A program made the translations under genes and the position numbers. The notes beneath the pieces were generated by a model that had not been told where the DNA came from, did no database searches, and saw only the letters and a list, made by a program, of their open reading frames with translations. Shown here one piece after another: positions 30,201 to 38,823 of a stretch of 64,000 bases of DNA. Within the stretch, counting starts at the first letter, position 1, and the number at the start of each line of letters is the position of its first letter. The DNA is from a virus (lineage: Duplodnaviria > Caudoviricetes), in IMG/VR virus record IMGVR_UViG_2706795947_000001, positions 1 through 64,000 of that record, one strand, 5' to 3'.

Positions 30201-31205
30201 GCAATTATCAAGGGTATGGATGTCTGGTCTGCAGCGTGGACCCCAGAGATGGTAGACTCCACCGACAAGGCTACCGAAGCCTCGGAGAAGGTCGCCGAGG
30301 CTGCAGACAAGCAGAGCTCCAGTACGGTGCTACTGAGCAAGAGCCTCGGCAAGTACGACGCTCAGATTGCATCGCTGTCCAAGGTGCTCACCGCGTTCTC
30401 GAACAGTGCGCAGCAGTCGGTGAAGGTCACGGTCAACGTCACCAACGGTACGGCGACCACTGGCAATACCTCGACTGTCGGCACCAACGAGAAGGGTGAG
30501 CAGACTATCACAGTTGAGCAGCCGACCTTCGAGCAGTGGGCGCCCACCCTGAACGCGCTGGCAGACTTCTTCGACACGCTGCCGTACGCGGAGCGGGACT
30601 GGCAGGCCGACAATCCGGTCGCTGGCGAGACGGAGCAGCAGCGCAAGATGCGTCTCGCACAGAACAACCTGACCAACTTTGCAAAGGGTGGGTACAATGT
30701 TCTGCGCGACATGGGTCCGGTGGTTATGCGCCACACTGCAATCATCGGCACCGCAGTCGAACGCCTGGTAAAGGAAGATGGACCGGCCTGGAGTGCGGCG
30801 CTGGCAGCTATCGCGTCGAACAACCCAGCGGGTTACGCTGTTGCCGTGATGCTAGTACTGAAGGAAGTGGCAACCTTGCTACCCTTGATCCTAGCTGCCA
30901 TCATGGACATTGTGCCCGCGTTGATCCGTGCTATCGTTAGGTTCCTCACCCAGTTCATGCCGGATTCAGTGTTCGCCTATGCGGACATGGCAGCTGCCGA
31001 AGCTGCAGTTACCGAGCAGCAGGCTGGTGGAGCGGTCGCGATGGGCCAGGGTCAGCGGTACCCGACTGATGCAATGTCAACTACGAGTGGCAACGAAAGT
31101 ATCACATTGAACATGTACGGAGACTTGGTCATGCCGAACGTCAGCGATGGCAGCGATGCAAACGACTTTGTCGAGCAGCTCAAGCTGTTGGCGGCGGGCT
31201 CATGA
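21222..31205 (+). CDS. Tape measure protein with C-terminal Zn-peptidase-like and lytic transglycosylase domains
   Basis: 3327 aa, Ala-rich coiled coils and a TP901-type core (AGNALKTIISR). Motifs HMQGMALD...HVH and QSESSGNPNAIN...GLMQVIDPTF. Confidence 0.92.
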   Translation: MNTTAANILVTAQARQAQAVLARAQAALRGLQSTAQGANAAQATAANAAAKQIDAAEARKASAAAKASLAIEQANLRQIKSEQAASVAAARSAAAISLSQTKAAGAAEASAAKQAAAAAKMSAAMELSAMKQQAAMAQLTLVQMRQLAQMEAASARQIAADNRAAMSAAKSAAQQAAARESLTIATLRAVAREEAASARKIAADARAALQAQVLANAETGNQNRVVTARLRAAAQTASANAAKINSDNGAAIAAEVAANREMRAAREASLADMDRAMKAQAANARKAASDAQAAVNAQANAIKEAAAMSVADTARIKSAAVAAAENARKIASDAAVANTAAMTAGRESVANAQAAASARIGAQQKVVADAQANASRMNAAAVAAAEASKIAAAEARAAAAAEKAAIQITAAKQREIAANSAATASNRSWSASMTASGSRMQWIGRQLSQNFTAPMLLATGIGVKFGLDMEKSMTRLEKVYADQALIREAEAKGINLVKNETEALEKAFIALSNKYGVQADEVANVAAEWAAAGASGKALATQTDLTMKTMVLGEMDAEEATKALIAIQAQWGAVTETNLDQQNKLSLGTSGLANDQLSLTSILRQLNAVENETGTTMNDLVVAFSRASGVARSAGLDTAHLAAAVAALVPAAGSAAEAGNALKTIISRTLTPTREASQIMELMQIQTQKAAWQSMNAGQRLEELAKRFGTLTGAQKAQVAASLGSRYQVNKLEVLFSSIANKAGYYHKALEKLANEADVVKIAEDELNTVLESQPQMLKQAGVIIQNSLMKTMVPLIPVVIQLTQWIGKAFDAFANLPTGVRTTLIGLGLFLATVGPIIIFLGIFKLALGQLTPVFLMLARALLFPVTIFGKFGALLLKPIMSLAKLRGALVLTARAFALIPAAAVLMTRIVSFALMGMQATVVVGMAGLRASWTAAWVAMVAVQTVSGVAMTTTQKVMFMVMLTAQKVWAGASLLIQRAWATASVAVHAAWGAAAAMVTAVGQAIMLARQRAWAAAWLAITVGWATASLLLQKTWAAASILLSGVYWKRMFAIFAAGNKGLLAILAAGGKAIVALFSSPWAIAIAIVIGLIVMFREQIAQAWNNVVNYFRNIPKETSAALSPLTNIFVRARNAVVGAFNSLPEGVKGALLKVVAIVRAAAMKVYELFSYLNPFAHHSPSLVENVTNGMAVVNAQFANASRNAQTHIGKLHKSIKQLQGLSAPMTAQNDKAKDDEFRQTATKAGAAGSLPAYDALNADVKAAKSYMDQLNKSMEAHEAQLKNIKAGVEAYDAAIEQMNSALEVTKAIQSDVNRALDGAKARFDRYSNAQIKGTRAAEDAIFDNEMAQKRLQLQIAKMEEEAGTVDSVTDSYSKLQGEIESLTAKQTELRKAGAGSDVLGTYDKMIADLKSQQSGLMTGGTDSPAGKIAALNTSLQALQKQADIMDLEKSLKFDSLNRKIEQFSSNVEEMPYGQIMSGMDSSRTSINALQYSYDQLDMVMAGQQARIDATQAQRDALQQTYDSEAKRLETVRAKYEEVEQAVRSGEEALESFSSASEEVVRRQEEAARAAEEASKKLKKKKGGGAGSGDELAPGAQNFIDGAAGDFETFGGTDTIGREGAGLDQSSQIDEFTKGLTDDLEKQLGGLNPFSGLKNAWNRTVDWFKGMMPGFGDIFKNVGNGIGSAFSSDKNENVKRFGDAVSNSVESLKNVWEWIKKAGSIIGNLFGPDLQSTLQGLGDGFKTVMDKVSGPLSELGKVAIPFLTTAFQHLSPVIGVFLVALEMVWEVINGAIGPVFSWLGDLIGAIIRVITGVVKILMGAMKVIQGVIMVVIGIVKGVIGLLTGQGLSGFDMFGDGIKKIFGGFGDMLGGIVDIVKGIFIAIWSTIKNAVKLIWNVVWGLVKGIIDFFTTLWDVLVGHSIVPDTINSIIDWFKELPGKLPGMVWGLITSLIGFFLKLPIMIGQALLKLGGFLLGAFTSAMAWLLPKLPGFIWNIVKFFATLPFKIIGALIGFGAKLLGWLGQAIAWLVPQLPGIVWDIITFFATLPFKIIGALLGFGAKLFEWAKNAFIWLAQNLPGVIGNVISFFAGLPGKLIGALLGLGAKLFEWAKNGFIWLAQNLPNAIGAVLDFAKEFPGRVIRGFGKWGSFIWEWMKKGWDFLVNEMPGIVAGFLKWIGGIPGMLLGKLGDGAKVLYDYGKDMIQGLMNGTAGLLKKLGDWFLDKIPGWIKTPFKKALGIASPSKVFAGYGVNIGEGLVKGIGSMQGQVESASVAMAAAADKGEVGGMAISAVADTSSVGGSVSALGDAVAASGPVAVDTAASPDADIQPMLDAAEAAFDAFDASMKTKMAAFTAAVTVMFAAMATGVLSSLDQVTIGSGTSFAAMQATVVGIVTAMVSAVQAQLALLISQVNTFGLNLTAAWAGAWNAWKSETTTGVDHTLTEWQRMADGMRSVVDNSLTPMFADIGEMLTAFEGATVTTVTNVGTTWDGIKEKTAAPARFVINDVYNEGLRGAWNKFNEFLGIEALPEYTAKFAEGGPVWGPGTGTSDSVNAKLSRGEHVITAKEVQKAGGHRAVEATRRYWASGGHKRTEAAFAQGGAVGEKVDSYAQGGGVRGKLPVTGHAGAQAITTPIQRAMWDAVKTAFPNVDLLSGTRYAEVGSGFDYHMQGMALDLSPIPQVARWIWEMNKKNPVTELIFWPLGGHPNNINDGVPFDYGAGTNSEHMDHVHWAMHRMVDNEGKIVSMAGASGGPRPVDYVKMIREEFDSFKKTYTEKDPKFAGGIGKWVPKSIDKGMEAFKFLEPKAAALNSSYSSGSQGNIPYDLSAGVEQWRKLATEMLIMQGESVTYVDRLLMQMQSESSGNPNAINLVDSNAAKGTPSKGLMQVIDPTFQTWRDPRLPNNIWDPAANIAASIRYTRGEYGTLGAWQGVGYDSGGILPPGFTVANNQTGGPEAILTAAQWSAMFDIASKPPLDEDTIQGAVEAANIATGNTDDATTAAIIKGMDVWSAAWTPEMVDSTDKATEASEKVAEAADKQSSSTVLLSKSLGKYDAQIASLSKVLTAFSNSAQQSVKVTVNVTNGTATTGNTSTVGTNEKGEQTITVEQPTFEQWAPTLNALADFFDTLPYAERDWQADNPVAGETEQQRKMRLAQNNLTNFAKGGYNVLRDMGPVVMRHTAIIGTAVERLVKEDGPAWSAALAAIASNNPAGYAVAVMLVLKEVATLLPLILAAIMDIVPALIRAIVRFLTQFMPDSVFAYADMAAAEAAVTEQQAGGAVAMGQGQRYPTDAMSTTSGNESITLNMYGDLVMPNVSDGSDANDFVEQLKLLAAGS

Positions 31206-33733
31206 GTCGCATCATCCATCGGCCGAACCAGGCCGTAGACTACGGCACGGTCGAGACGAACGGCTCTGGAAACGTACTCGGCGACAACAACAATAACACT
31301 CGGAAGCAGTATTACGAGGACTCGGGCAGTATCCTGCTGTACCCGACCTTCGATCCGACTGTCATCCCGCCGGGCCGGGAGATCATCGCAGTGCGCGAAG
31401 GTCACCGGCACGAGCAGGGTGGGTCGCTGATCGCACTGCACAACGGCTGGGTCATGGGGTTCCTGCGCATCTCCAACCAGCGGTTGGCTAACTCGCGAGG
31501 CTACAAGCAGGACGGGTACAGTACCACAGCTCGTGCCGTCGAAGGTCCGGCGATCTACAACTCGGCCTTCAAGCCCTGGGCGGCGTCCGACATCAACAAG
31601 ATGACCACCGATGTTGGCGCAGCCACTGGCGAGTTCGGGCCGAACAAGAAGAAGCTGTGGTGCATCGCCACCGAGGCGTATATCGTTCTCGTACTGAACG
31701 ATGATGTCGCAGTGCCGACGATCAACTACCCAGCGAACAACGCAACCATTGCCACCAGCTCGGTGGACTTCAAGGGCAACGTCACAGTCACTCAGGAAGA
31801 GCAGCCTGTTGCCTGCGTGTTCCAGGTCAGTCGGTCGTCGAGTTTCGATGACGACACCGTGGACACCTTCGTTGGTGGACTGGTGCAGACCGCAGGCCAG
31901 ACGAGCAACTACGACTCGATCGTAGGCAGGGACTCGTACACAAACCTCGGTCCCGGCAAGTGGTACATACGAGTCAAGGGCAAGGACTACCGTGGAGTAG
32001 AGTCGGCGTGGGGTGCAACGACTTCGTTCACCATCACTCACGCTGCGCTGCCTGCTCCACAGATGACCAACCCTGCTGACGACGCTGTTCGCAACACTCC
32101 GTACGGATACCGCGAGGCGAACATTCCGAGCACGCCGCCGGGTGAGCGCTACGTTGGCATCGAGTGGCAGTTCTGTCAGGCGTCCGACTTTACCGGCACG
32201 ATCGTGTCGTGGAAGAACAATAAGGTCGGACGCTACAACGCAGGCGTGATCGGATACTTCTCCGACCCTGATCCCGAGGTACAGCCGGGACAGAACGGTG
32301 ACAAGGTATCGACCGACGACCCGGATCAGTACCTGAAGCAGGGCACTTGGTACGCGCGTGCCAGGTGTGTTGACGTGTGGAACCAGGTCGGCGCCTGGTC
32401 TACGGTCATTGACTTCACTGTCTCGCATCCTCCGGTTGTGAACGAGCCCTGGCCCAGCGGTGGCGCAGGCTTCGATGATGACGCGTTCCCTGTGCGCTGG
32501 CAGTTCGGCGACGCATGGAAGGGTGATACTCAGAGCGCCTACCGCGTGATCGTTCGCGACCCCTCGAACACCACGGTCATTCACGACACCGGCAAGGTTG
32601 AAAGCCCCTTCAATAACGTGAAGGTGGTCATCCCCGACAACTGGAAAGAGCAGACGCTCAACCTGTCTATCCAGCTGTGGGATCGAGATGGCGTTGCCAG
32701 TCCTGTGTGGACCGGCACCTTCCGCCACTCGACCGCGCCCGTCATCACGCTGCCGTATCCAGCTCCCGACGAAGTCGTGATAACCGGCCAGCCGAACCTG
32801 ACCTGGTCGGCGGTCTACGCCCCCGGTCAGTCTCAGAAGTCTTACCACATCGCTTTCATCCGACGTGATACTGGAGTTGTCGAGTGGAAGACAACCACGC
32901 ATCAGCTGTCGACGAGCAACTTCTGGAACGCGCCTTCTGTTGTACTCAAGAATGTCTCGGCGTACCAGTTGGCGCTGACGATCACAGACACGCAGGACTT
33001 GTACACTACCCTGCTGCGGAACTTTAGCACGGACTATGTTCGGCCTCCGATGATCTACTGCTCGGCGTACATCAGCAACTACGAGGAGGATGGCTACGTT
33101 CAGATACTGTGGCCAGCTACCGAAGTTGCTCCGCAGTTCGTTGAGTTCCGTTTGTATCGGCGCAACGTAGACATCCCTGGTTCCGAGTGGGAGCAGATCG
33201 GCACGGTCACCGACCCCGAGGTGTGGGAGTTCCACGATTGGAGCAGCTCGGGCCACTACCGCTACCAGTACTCGATCACGCAGGTGGTCATGCTGTACGG
33301 CGCGCTCGTCGAATCTCTGCCGGATGAGTATGGCGAGATACTCCAGATTCAGTCGAGCCACTACTGGTTGATCGCTCCGGACAACGAATCGCTCAATACC
33401 AAGCTGTACCACATCACTGACGACAAGTACGTTCGTAAGATCGAGAAGAGTCGGCACACTATCATCGGTGGCGGCGAACGATTCAACTTCGGTAAGCCCA
33501 TCGGCATTGAGGGTACGCTGTCGGGTCAGATCAAGGGCGGCTCGCCGGTGACCGTGCGTCAGGCTCGCGAGCGAATCGAGCGTATGCAGCTGGAGATGAA
33601 GTACTGCTACCTCCGCGACCCCTTCGGTAACTTCACCAAGATTGTGATTGACGACGTATCGGTCGGTCGCATTGCAGGTGTTGGCACCTCTGAGTTCGTT
33701 GACATCGAGATTCCTTACATCGAGGTGAAGTGA
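31202..33733 (+). CDS. Minor tail protein (FN3/Ig-like repeats, distal tail-like)
   Basis: 843 aa after the tape measure gene, with WYIRVKG and WYARAR FN3-like strands. Confidence 0.75.
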   Translation: MSRIIHRPNQAVDYGTVETNGSGNVLGDNNNNTRKQYYEDSGSILLYPTFDPTVIPPGREIIAVREGHRHEQGGSLIALHNGWVMGFLRISNQRLANSRGYKQDGYSTTARAVEGPAIYNSAFKPWAASDINKMTTDVGAATGEFGPNKKKLWCIATEAYIVLVLNDDVAVPTINYPANNATIATSSVDFKGNVTVTQEEQPVACVFQVSRSSSFDDDTVDTFVGGLVQTAGQTSNYDSIVGRDSYTNLGPGKWYIRVKGKDYRGVESAWGATTSFTITHAALPAPQMTNPADDAVRNTPYGYREANIPSTPPGERYVGIEWQFCQASDFTGTIVSWKNNKVGRYNAGVIGYFSDPDPEVQPGQNGDKVSTDDPDQYLKQGTWYARARCVDVWNQVGAWSTVIDFTVSHPPVVNEPWPSGGAGFDDDAFPVRWQFGDAWKGDTQSAYRVIVRDPSNTTVIHDTGKVESPFNNVKVVIPDNWKEQTLNLSIQLWDRDGVASPVWTGTFRHSTAPVITLPYPAPDEVVITGQPNLTWSAVYAPGQSQKSYHIAFIRRDTGVVEWKTTTHQLSTSNFWNAPSVVLKNVSAYQLALTITDTQDLYTTLLRNFSTDYVRPPMIYCSAYISNYEEDGYVQILWPATEVAPQFVEFRLYRRNVDIPGSEWEQIGTVTDPEVWEFHDWSSSGHYRYQYSITQVVMLYGALVESLPDEYGEILQIQSSHYWLIAPDNESLNTKLYHITDDKYVRKIEKSRHTIIGGGERFNFGKPIGIEGTLSGQIKGGSPVTVRQARERIERMQLEMKYCYLRDPFGNFTKIVIDDVSVGRIAGVGTSEFVDIEIPYIEVK

Positions 33734-35961
33734 TGCCGCAGCCACCTCGGGAAGATATTCAGCGGGCATTTGTTGCGCCTACAGTTCAGGTCATTCGACG
33801 TATCGAGATCTATGAAGAGGATGGTACGACACCCTGGAAGCAGGAGCTCTGGGATGACATACTTATCAACGGTACAGTGAGTCTCGACTACAACCGTGAC
33901 GAGCGCCGCGCACTGGATTGTGAGCTCGACAACTCCTATGGCGACCTCGATCCGCAGCACGGTGGGCTGTGGTACGACAAGCGATTCAAGCTGTTCTACG
34001 GCATAGAGCTCGACCAGGATGACCGTGGGGTTCGGGCGGTGATTGTTGAGGAGTACCTCGCTCCCGGCCAGGCGGCGGCATTGAAGCAGCACCTGTCAGC
34101 GCATGGGATCAGCGAGGTTCACTTCCTGCCTTCGGCCACTGACTATGCGCACGTTCAAGATTACGACGTGATCGTCGCCATCTCTTCGACGAGCCTGCAG
34201 AAACTTTCCCTACTTAATCAGTGTTACAGCAAGGGTAAAGGAATTGTTACCTTTGCTAATGACCAGACATCCGCGTCGATGCCGTCTATGATAGGTAGTG
34301 CGGGCGCGGCAACGGTCCTCGCTGGCCAACAGCTTGCCTATGCTCCAATCAACGGGGCATCCGACCTATCCGTGGGGTGGGACGGTTGGAGTTCGAGTGA
34401 CGATTCAGAGAACCTGGTCACATGGGGTGGCAAGGGGTTCGAGGATTTCAACCTTGGATTCCCAGGGGCAGGCGGGGCTGGCGCAACTATTGTGCAGATT
34501 CCCGATGGCCCTTTCGGGAATACCACAAAGGTGTATAACACTCCCTCGGTGGGGGCTTACGTGTCGAGCCCGGCACTGTTCACCTACAACGGACTCTCGA
34601 GTGACACATTTTACTTTGAGGCGTGGGTAAGGAAGACGACACCTGGGGTCACCGGCGGCATTGCGCTTGTCCGCAGGACGACAGAGCCTGGCGGTGCGAA
34701 CCCGAACTACTCTGCTATCGGCATGAACCTGAGTGCTATGGTTCAGAATCAGTGGTACAAGTTGTCGGGTACTGTGTCGATGAGTGCAACACGCACAGTC
34801 CTGAACCCTTATGTTCAGGTGGGGAACAACGTTCCGGCGGGCGAGATCATTCAATGGGATGACGTTTTCGTGAAGAAGATTGATCCCGAGGATTCGTACC
34901 GTAAGATTCTGTCACCGGCCGCAGGGGCGCAGACCGTCGCAACACTGAGCGATAGCGTCAACGGAGACTCGGTGGGAGCTGTGTCAAGGGTTGGGTCGGT
35001 GGGCCAGCGCTGGGTCCACACTGTCGCGTCGGACTTCACGGCACCCACCCTGGCTGGAGACTACGAGAGCTTCGGTCGCTACGTTTCACGCATCGTGTCG
35101 TGGGCCTCATCGTATGAGGCGCTCGATTACTGGGAGATTCAGCTCGGCGAGTTCATGGCCGACTCTATCTCACTCGGAGGTTCCTATGCAACGGTCTCGA
35201 TCTCAGGGCGCGATCTCACTAAGCTGTGTCAGCAGTCGAAGTTTGTAGCCTCGACTACGTTCACCAAGAACACACCTATCGAGAGCGTCGTCAAGACCGT
35301 CGCAACGAACGCAGGGATTTCCAAGTTCAAACTGCCGATCACCGGCAAAGTCCTAGACAAGGATATGACTTGGGAGCGAGACACTGCTCGCTGGGATGTG
35401 ATTCGTGATGTATCAAACTCAAACAGCTACGAGGTCTTCTTCGATAATGAAGGCTATCTTGTTATGCGTGAGTTCCGTGATCCACTCACCACTCCGGCCA
35501 CTCTTGAGCTTAGCGTTGGCGTGGGAGGTAATCTCATATCTCGTGGCGGGAAGACCTCCGACGCAAATCTTTTCAATCACATTGTTGTTGTTGGCGAATC
35601 TTCTGATTCATCGACTCCACCTGTCTACGCAGAGGCAATTAATACTGCAGCGACTTCGCCAACCAGTGTGCAAGAGATTGGCGACCGGGTCTCCATAATC
35701 ACATCGAGCCTGGTTACCAGCATCGCGAAAGCCCAAGAGTACGCCAATGCACTCCTCGCCGTGTCGGCGCTGGAGGAGTTCGAGCTCTCCTTTGAGTCGA
35801 CCCTTCTTCCGTGGATTGAGGTCGGCGACATAGTCGAGATGAAAAATTCTGATGATCGTTACTGGGGACCAGACCGTTACTTGATGACAAGTCTGACGTT
35901 CCCGCTTGACCTGAATCCCATGTCAGGTGCAGGTAAGAGAACGGAAAAGGTGGAGGGGTAG
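33730..35961 (+). CDS. Minor tail (baseplate hub-like) protein with inserted carbohydrate-binding-like module
   Basis: 743 aa; internal ENLV...GFE, YFEAWVRK, NQWYKLSG and WDDVFV motifs resemble CBM4/9. Confidence 0.7.
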   Translation: MMPQPPREDIQRAFVAPTVQVIRRIEIYEEDGTTPWKQELWDDILINGTVSLDYNRDERRALDCELDNSYGDLDPQHGGLWYDKRFKLFYGIELDQDDRGVRAVIVEEYLAPGQAAALKQHLSAHGISEVHFLPSATDYAHVQDYDVIVAISSTSLQKLSLLNQCYSKGKGIVTFANDQTSASMPSMIGSAGAATVLAGQQLAYAPINGASDLSVGWDGWSSSDDSENLVTWGGKGFEDFNLGFPGAGGAGATIVQIPDGPFGNTTKVYNTPSVGAYVSSPALFTYNGLSSDTFYFEAWVRKTTPGVTGGIALVRRTTEPGGANPNYSAIGMNLSAMVQNQWYKLSGTVSMSATRTVLNPYVQVGNNVPAGEIIQWDDVFVKKIDPEDSYRKILSPAAGAQTVATLSDSVNGDSVGAVSRVGSVGQRWVHTVASDFTAPTLAGDYESFGRYVSRIVSWASSYEALDYWEIQLGEFMADSISLGGSYATVSISGRDLTKLCQQSKFVASTTFTKNTPIESVVKTVATNAGISKFKLPITGKVLDKDMTWERDTARWDVIRDVSNSNSYEVFFDNEGYLVMREFRDPLTTPATLELSVGVGGNLISRGGKTSDANLFNHIVVVGESSDSSTPPVYAEAINTAATSPTSVQEIGDRVSIITSSLVTSIAKAQEYANALLAVSALEEFELSFESTLLPWIEVGDIVEMKNSDDRYWGPDRYLMTSLTFPLDLNPMSGAGKRTEKVEG

Positions 35962-37958
35962 TGGCTACAGGATTTGGCGACTGGGGTAACAGCGTCAAGG
36001 TTCATAGTGTACTGCGTGAGATTGCCCGGAAGGAAGTGGAGCGACTCCGTCCTGCGCCACGCCTCGCTGAGGTTGTGAGCATTGACCATGATGAAAAGAA
36101 AGTCATGGTCAAGTTCATTGGCGAGACAAACGTGGTGCCTGTGCCTTACACTTCCACCGCACCTGCGAATGTGGGTCAGTGGGTTCGTATCGGTGGCACG
36201 ACTCACGATCGCTATGTCGAAGATGTCATCGGCACTACGCTCACCGAGGCTCGGCTGGAGACGGCGGAGAGTCGAATCGGCTCGCTCATGGAGAGCGTCG
36301 TAGGTGAGGGCTGGGAAGACGAGGACGACGGCGAGCCCGGTACGTTCACTGGGATCATCAGCCAGTACTTCGGCGGCATCGAGGAGAATGCAACCGAGGC
36401 CCTCGGACTGGCCGGCCAGGCGGACACCAAGGCTGGTCAGGCTCAGACGACAGCAGAGAACGCACAGACCACGGCGAGCAATGCGCAGACTACAGCTGAC
36501 AATGCGAACACTACCGCAGGCCAGGCGCAGCAGACTGCTAGTGATGCCAGTGCGGCTGTCGGTGGCGCAGTCACCGCAGCCGAGGACGCCGACGAGAAGG
36601 CAACCCTCGCGCAGCAGATAGCCCAGCACATCACCGACAATATCAATGCGCTCGGTGAAGGCGTTGCGGCTGGTACCGCAGGTGTTGCGAAGGTCTTCGA
36701 TACGATCGCTGGCATCTTCACGACAGCAAGCGAAGCGCAGCAGAAAGCGGTAGATGCACAGACCGCACTGCAAAACCTGATTAACCAGAACGAAGGCGCG
36801 GCGGCAGGCGGTAGGTCTGGGCAGGACAACTTCGACCGCCCGAACTCATCTACCCTTGGTTCAGGATGGGTTTCTACTGCATACGGAAACATCCGTGCAG
36901 GTATCGACGCGAACGGTCGAGTAAACTTTCCGTTCGCCACTAACCCCAGCGGTGATGTGGGTGGTCTCATCTACCACCAGTGGGCTGGGGAGACTTCGGT
37001 TGGCGACTACTTCCAGAGTACGATTGTTTTCGGAACTGCATTCAGTGGTAACGGCAGTCCGTTGGCGTATCTGTTCAATCGTTGGGACGGACTGTTCGGC
37101 ACAGACAACGGCGTCAACACCACTCCTCTGAACTGTTGGGCAGTGCGTATCACACGCACAGGTGGTCTCACGCTCTACCGAGTTGTCAATGGAGTGATGA
37201 CCTCGGTGGGTACAGGTGACGTAGCAAACATCAAATCAGGTGATGCCATCTCCCTCCGCTGCGGATCGCTCGCTGGCCCCGGCAACATCTCGGTCGTGGT
37301 CAACGGTCAGGTCGAGATAGCTTACCCAGACCCTGGCACAGGGATGATCGGTGCGAACTACCGCAAGCATGGGTTCTCGGGCTTCGCGGAGAACCAAGGC
37401 TTCCTCGGCTGGCAGCAGCCTGCGAGTGTCGCATCGTACAACTGGTCAGACATTCCCGGCGGAAACATCGTGCTCGGCAAGGGATTCCGCTTCGGTAGAA
37501 CTACGGTTGCCAACCTTACTCAGGTGGTAAACGCACAGGTGCCGACGACCACATTCCAGACTGCAGTTTACAGCGAGTCGTGCAAACCACTCGCCGGCTC
37601 TACGCTCAATGCTGCACGCGGCGAGTTCGCCATCCCCTACGAGGGGTGGTGGGACTTTGAGTTCGGTTTCTATGGCTACACAGTCAGCCTCTCGTCTGGT
37701 GCGTCTACAGTTCTGGAGCCGGTACTCTACAACGGGCAGGGCGCACTCTCGACAACCATCCCCATGCGCATGTCGAAGATTACCAACGGCGGCAGCACTG
37801 CAGCACGCACACAGATACAAGAGGTTGCCAAGTTCAGGAAGTACTGCCTTGTAGGCGAGCGTGTAGCTCCCGGCTGGGGTGCGACACGTCTCGACTACAT
37901 GACCGCAGATGCAGGTGGACACACCTGTTACTTCAATGGAGTTCTACTATCACCTTAG
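35961..37958 (+). CDS. Minor tail / tail fibre protein
   Basis: AQTTAxx heptad coiled coil followed by DNFDRPNS and a beta-rich domain. Confidence 0.7.
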   Translation: MATGFGDWGNSVKVHSVLREIARKEVERLRPAPRLAEVVSIDHDEKKVMVKFIGETNVVPVPYTSTAPANVGQWVRIGGTTHDRYVEDVIGTTLTEARLETAESRIGSLMESVVGEGWEDEDDGEPGTFTGIISQYFGGIEENATEALGLAGQADTKAGQAQTTAENAQTTASNAQTTADNANTTAGQAQQTASDASAAVGGAVTAAEDADEKATLAQQIAQHITDNINALGEGVAAGTAGVAKVFDTIAGIFTTASEAQQKAVDAQTALQNLINQNEGAAAGGRSGQDNFDRPNSSTLGSGWVSTAYGNIRAGIDANGRVNFPFATNPSGDVGGLIYHQWAGETSVGDYFQSTIVFGTAFSGNGSPLAYLFNRWDGLFGTDNGVNTTPLNCWAVRITRTGGLTLYRVVNGVMTSVGTGDVANIKSGDAISLRCGSLAGPGNISVVVNGQVEIAYPDPGTGMIGANYRKHGFSGFAENQGFLGWQQPASVASYNWSDIPGGNIVLGKGFRFGRTTVANLTQVVNAQVPTTTFQTAVYSESCKPLAGSTLNAARGEFAIPYEGWWDFEFGFYGYTVSLSSGASTVLEPVLYNGQGALSTTIPMRMSKITNGGSTAARTQIQEVAKFRKYCLVGERVAPGWGATRLDYMTADAGGHTCYFNGVLLSP

Positions 37959-37967
37959 GAGTGTGAA

Positions 37968-38228
37968 GTGATCGAACAGAAAATGGTTTACTTCGATAGC
38001 CTGCCGGGTGTGGCGATTCGCCTGACGCGTGGGCACGAAGAGTTCGGAGATGACTTCATCACCGCCGAAGCCTTCGACGAGAACATGAACCTCATCCCCG
38101 GAGGTGGTGGCGGATTCCGTGGACCTTCACCCCAGCCGCCGGTGATCGTGGAGCAGGAGCCAGAGCCCGAGTCCCCAGAGGTGGCACCCGAGGAGGTAAT
38201 GTACGCCAGCGAAGAGGGTAATGCTTGA
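37968..38228 (+). CDS. Hypothetical protein
   Basis: AGGAG RBS; 86 aa. Confidence 0.6.
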   Translation: MIEQKMVYFDSLPGVAIRLTRGHEEFGDDFITAEAFDENMNLIPGGGGGFRGPSPQPPVIVEQEPEPESPEVAPEEVMYASEEGNA

Positions 38229-38254
38229 CCTGTGGTACTAACGCCTGCTATCAT
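38225..38254 (+). promoter_or_regulatory. SigA-type promoter upstream of the lysis genes
   Basis: TTGACC-N18-TATCAT with a TG extension. Confidence 0.55.
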
Positions 38255-38278
38255 GAGCAGATCTTACCAGGAGGTAGT

Positions 38279-38746
38279 ATGACCAACAACTTGCCACAGG
38301 CTCCCGGTTCGGTGCCGGTTGCCCCGCCGAACATCTTCAACGCTCGCTCGAAGAACGACTTCATCGCGCTGCTGTACTACTTCATTCCGCTCACGATGGG
38401 CATTCTCGTTCTGTACGGAGCGCTCGACAACAACACCGCGCTCTTCTGGGGCGGTGCAGTAACCTCGCTGATCCAGCTGGTGTTCCAGTACACCCGCACC
38501 GAGGAGTTCGCAAGACGCGCGATCTACCTGGTGCTGAACCTCGTGAACGCCGGACTCCTGATCTACGTCGCGGGCTGGAGCCCGCAGCATCTCGAGAACC
38601 TGATGCCCCTGCTGTCCCTCATCCTGGGCGGCAGCGCCGCAGGTATCGCCAGCCAGAACGTGAACACCTCCGGTGACGGCACTGTCGTCCGCGTGGTCGA
38701 GGGTTCAGTGGTCGACGAGCCCCCGAACGCCTCCGGACTGTACTAG
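38279..38746 (+). CDS. Holin-like membrane protein (about 4 TM)
   Basis: Four hydrophobic segments, AGGAGG RBS before ATG 38279, upstream of the lysins. Confidence 0.65.
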   Translation: MTNNLPQAPGSVPVAPPNIFNARSKNDFIALLYYFIPLTMGILVLYGALDNNTALFWGGAVTSLIQLVFQYTRTEEFARRAIYLVLNLVNAGLLIYVAGWSPQHLENLMPLLSLILGGSAAGIASQNVNTSGDGTVVRVVEGSVVDEPPNASGLY

Positions 38747-38758
38747 TCAAGAGGTACC

Positions 38759-38801
38759 GAACAATCGCGGATCAGGTCCCCTCCCTGATCCGCGATTGTT
38801 C
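38759..38801 (+). terminator. 18-bp perfect stem-loop after the holin
   Basis: GAACAATCGCGGATCAGG / CCTGATCCGCGATTGTTC. Confidence 0.6.
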
Positions 38802-38823
38802 TATCAACAGCTAGGACAAAGAC

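Noticed and set aside
31052-33769. 905-aa minus-strand ORF
   Set aside because: Antisense shadow of the minor tail gene; long antisense frames are expected with strong GC3 bias, and it has no motifs.
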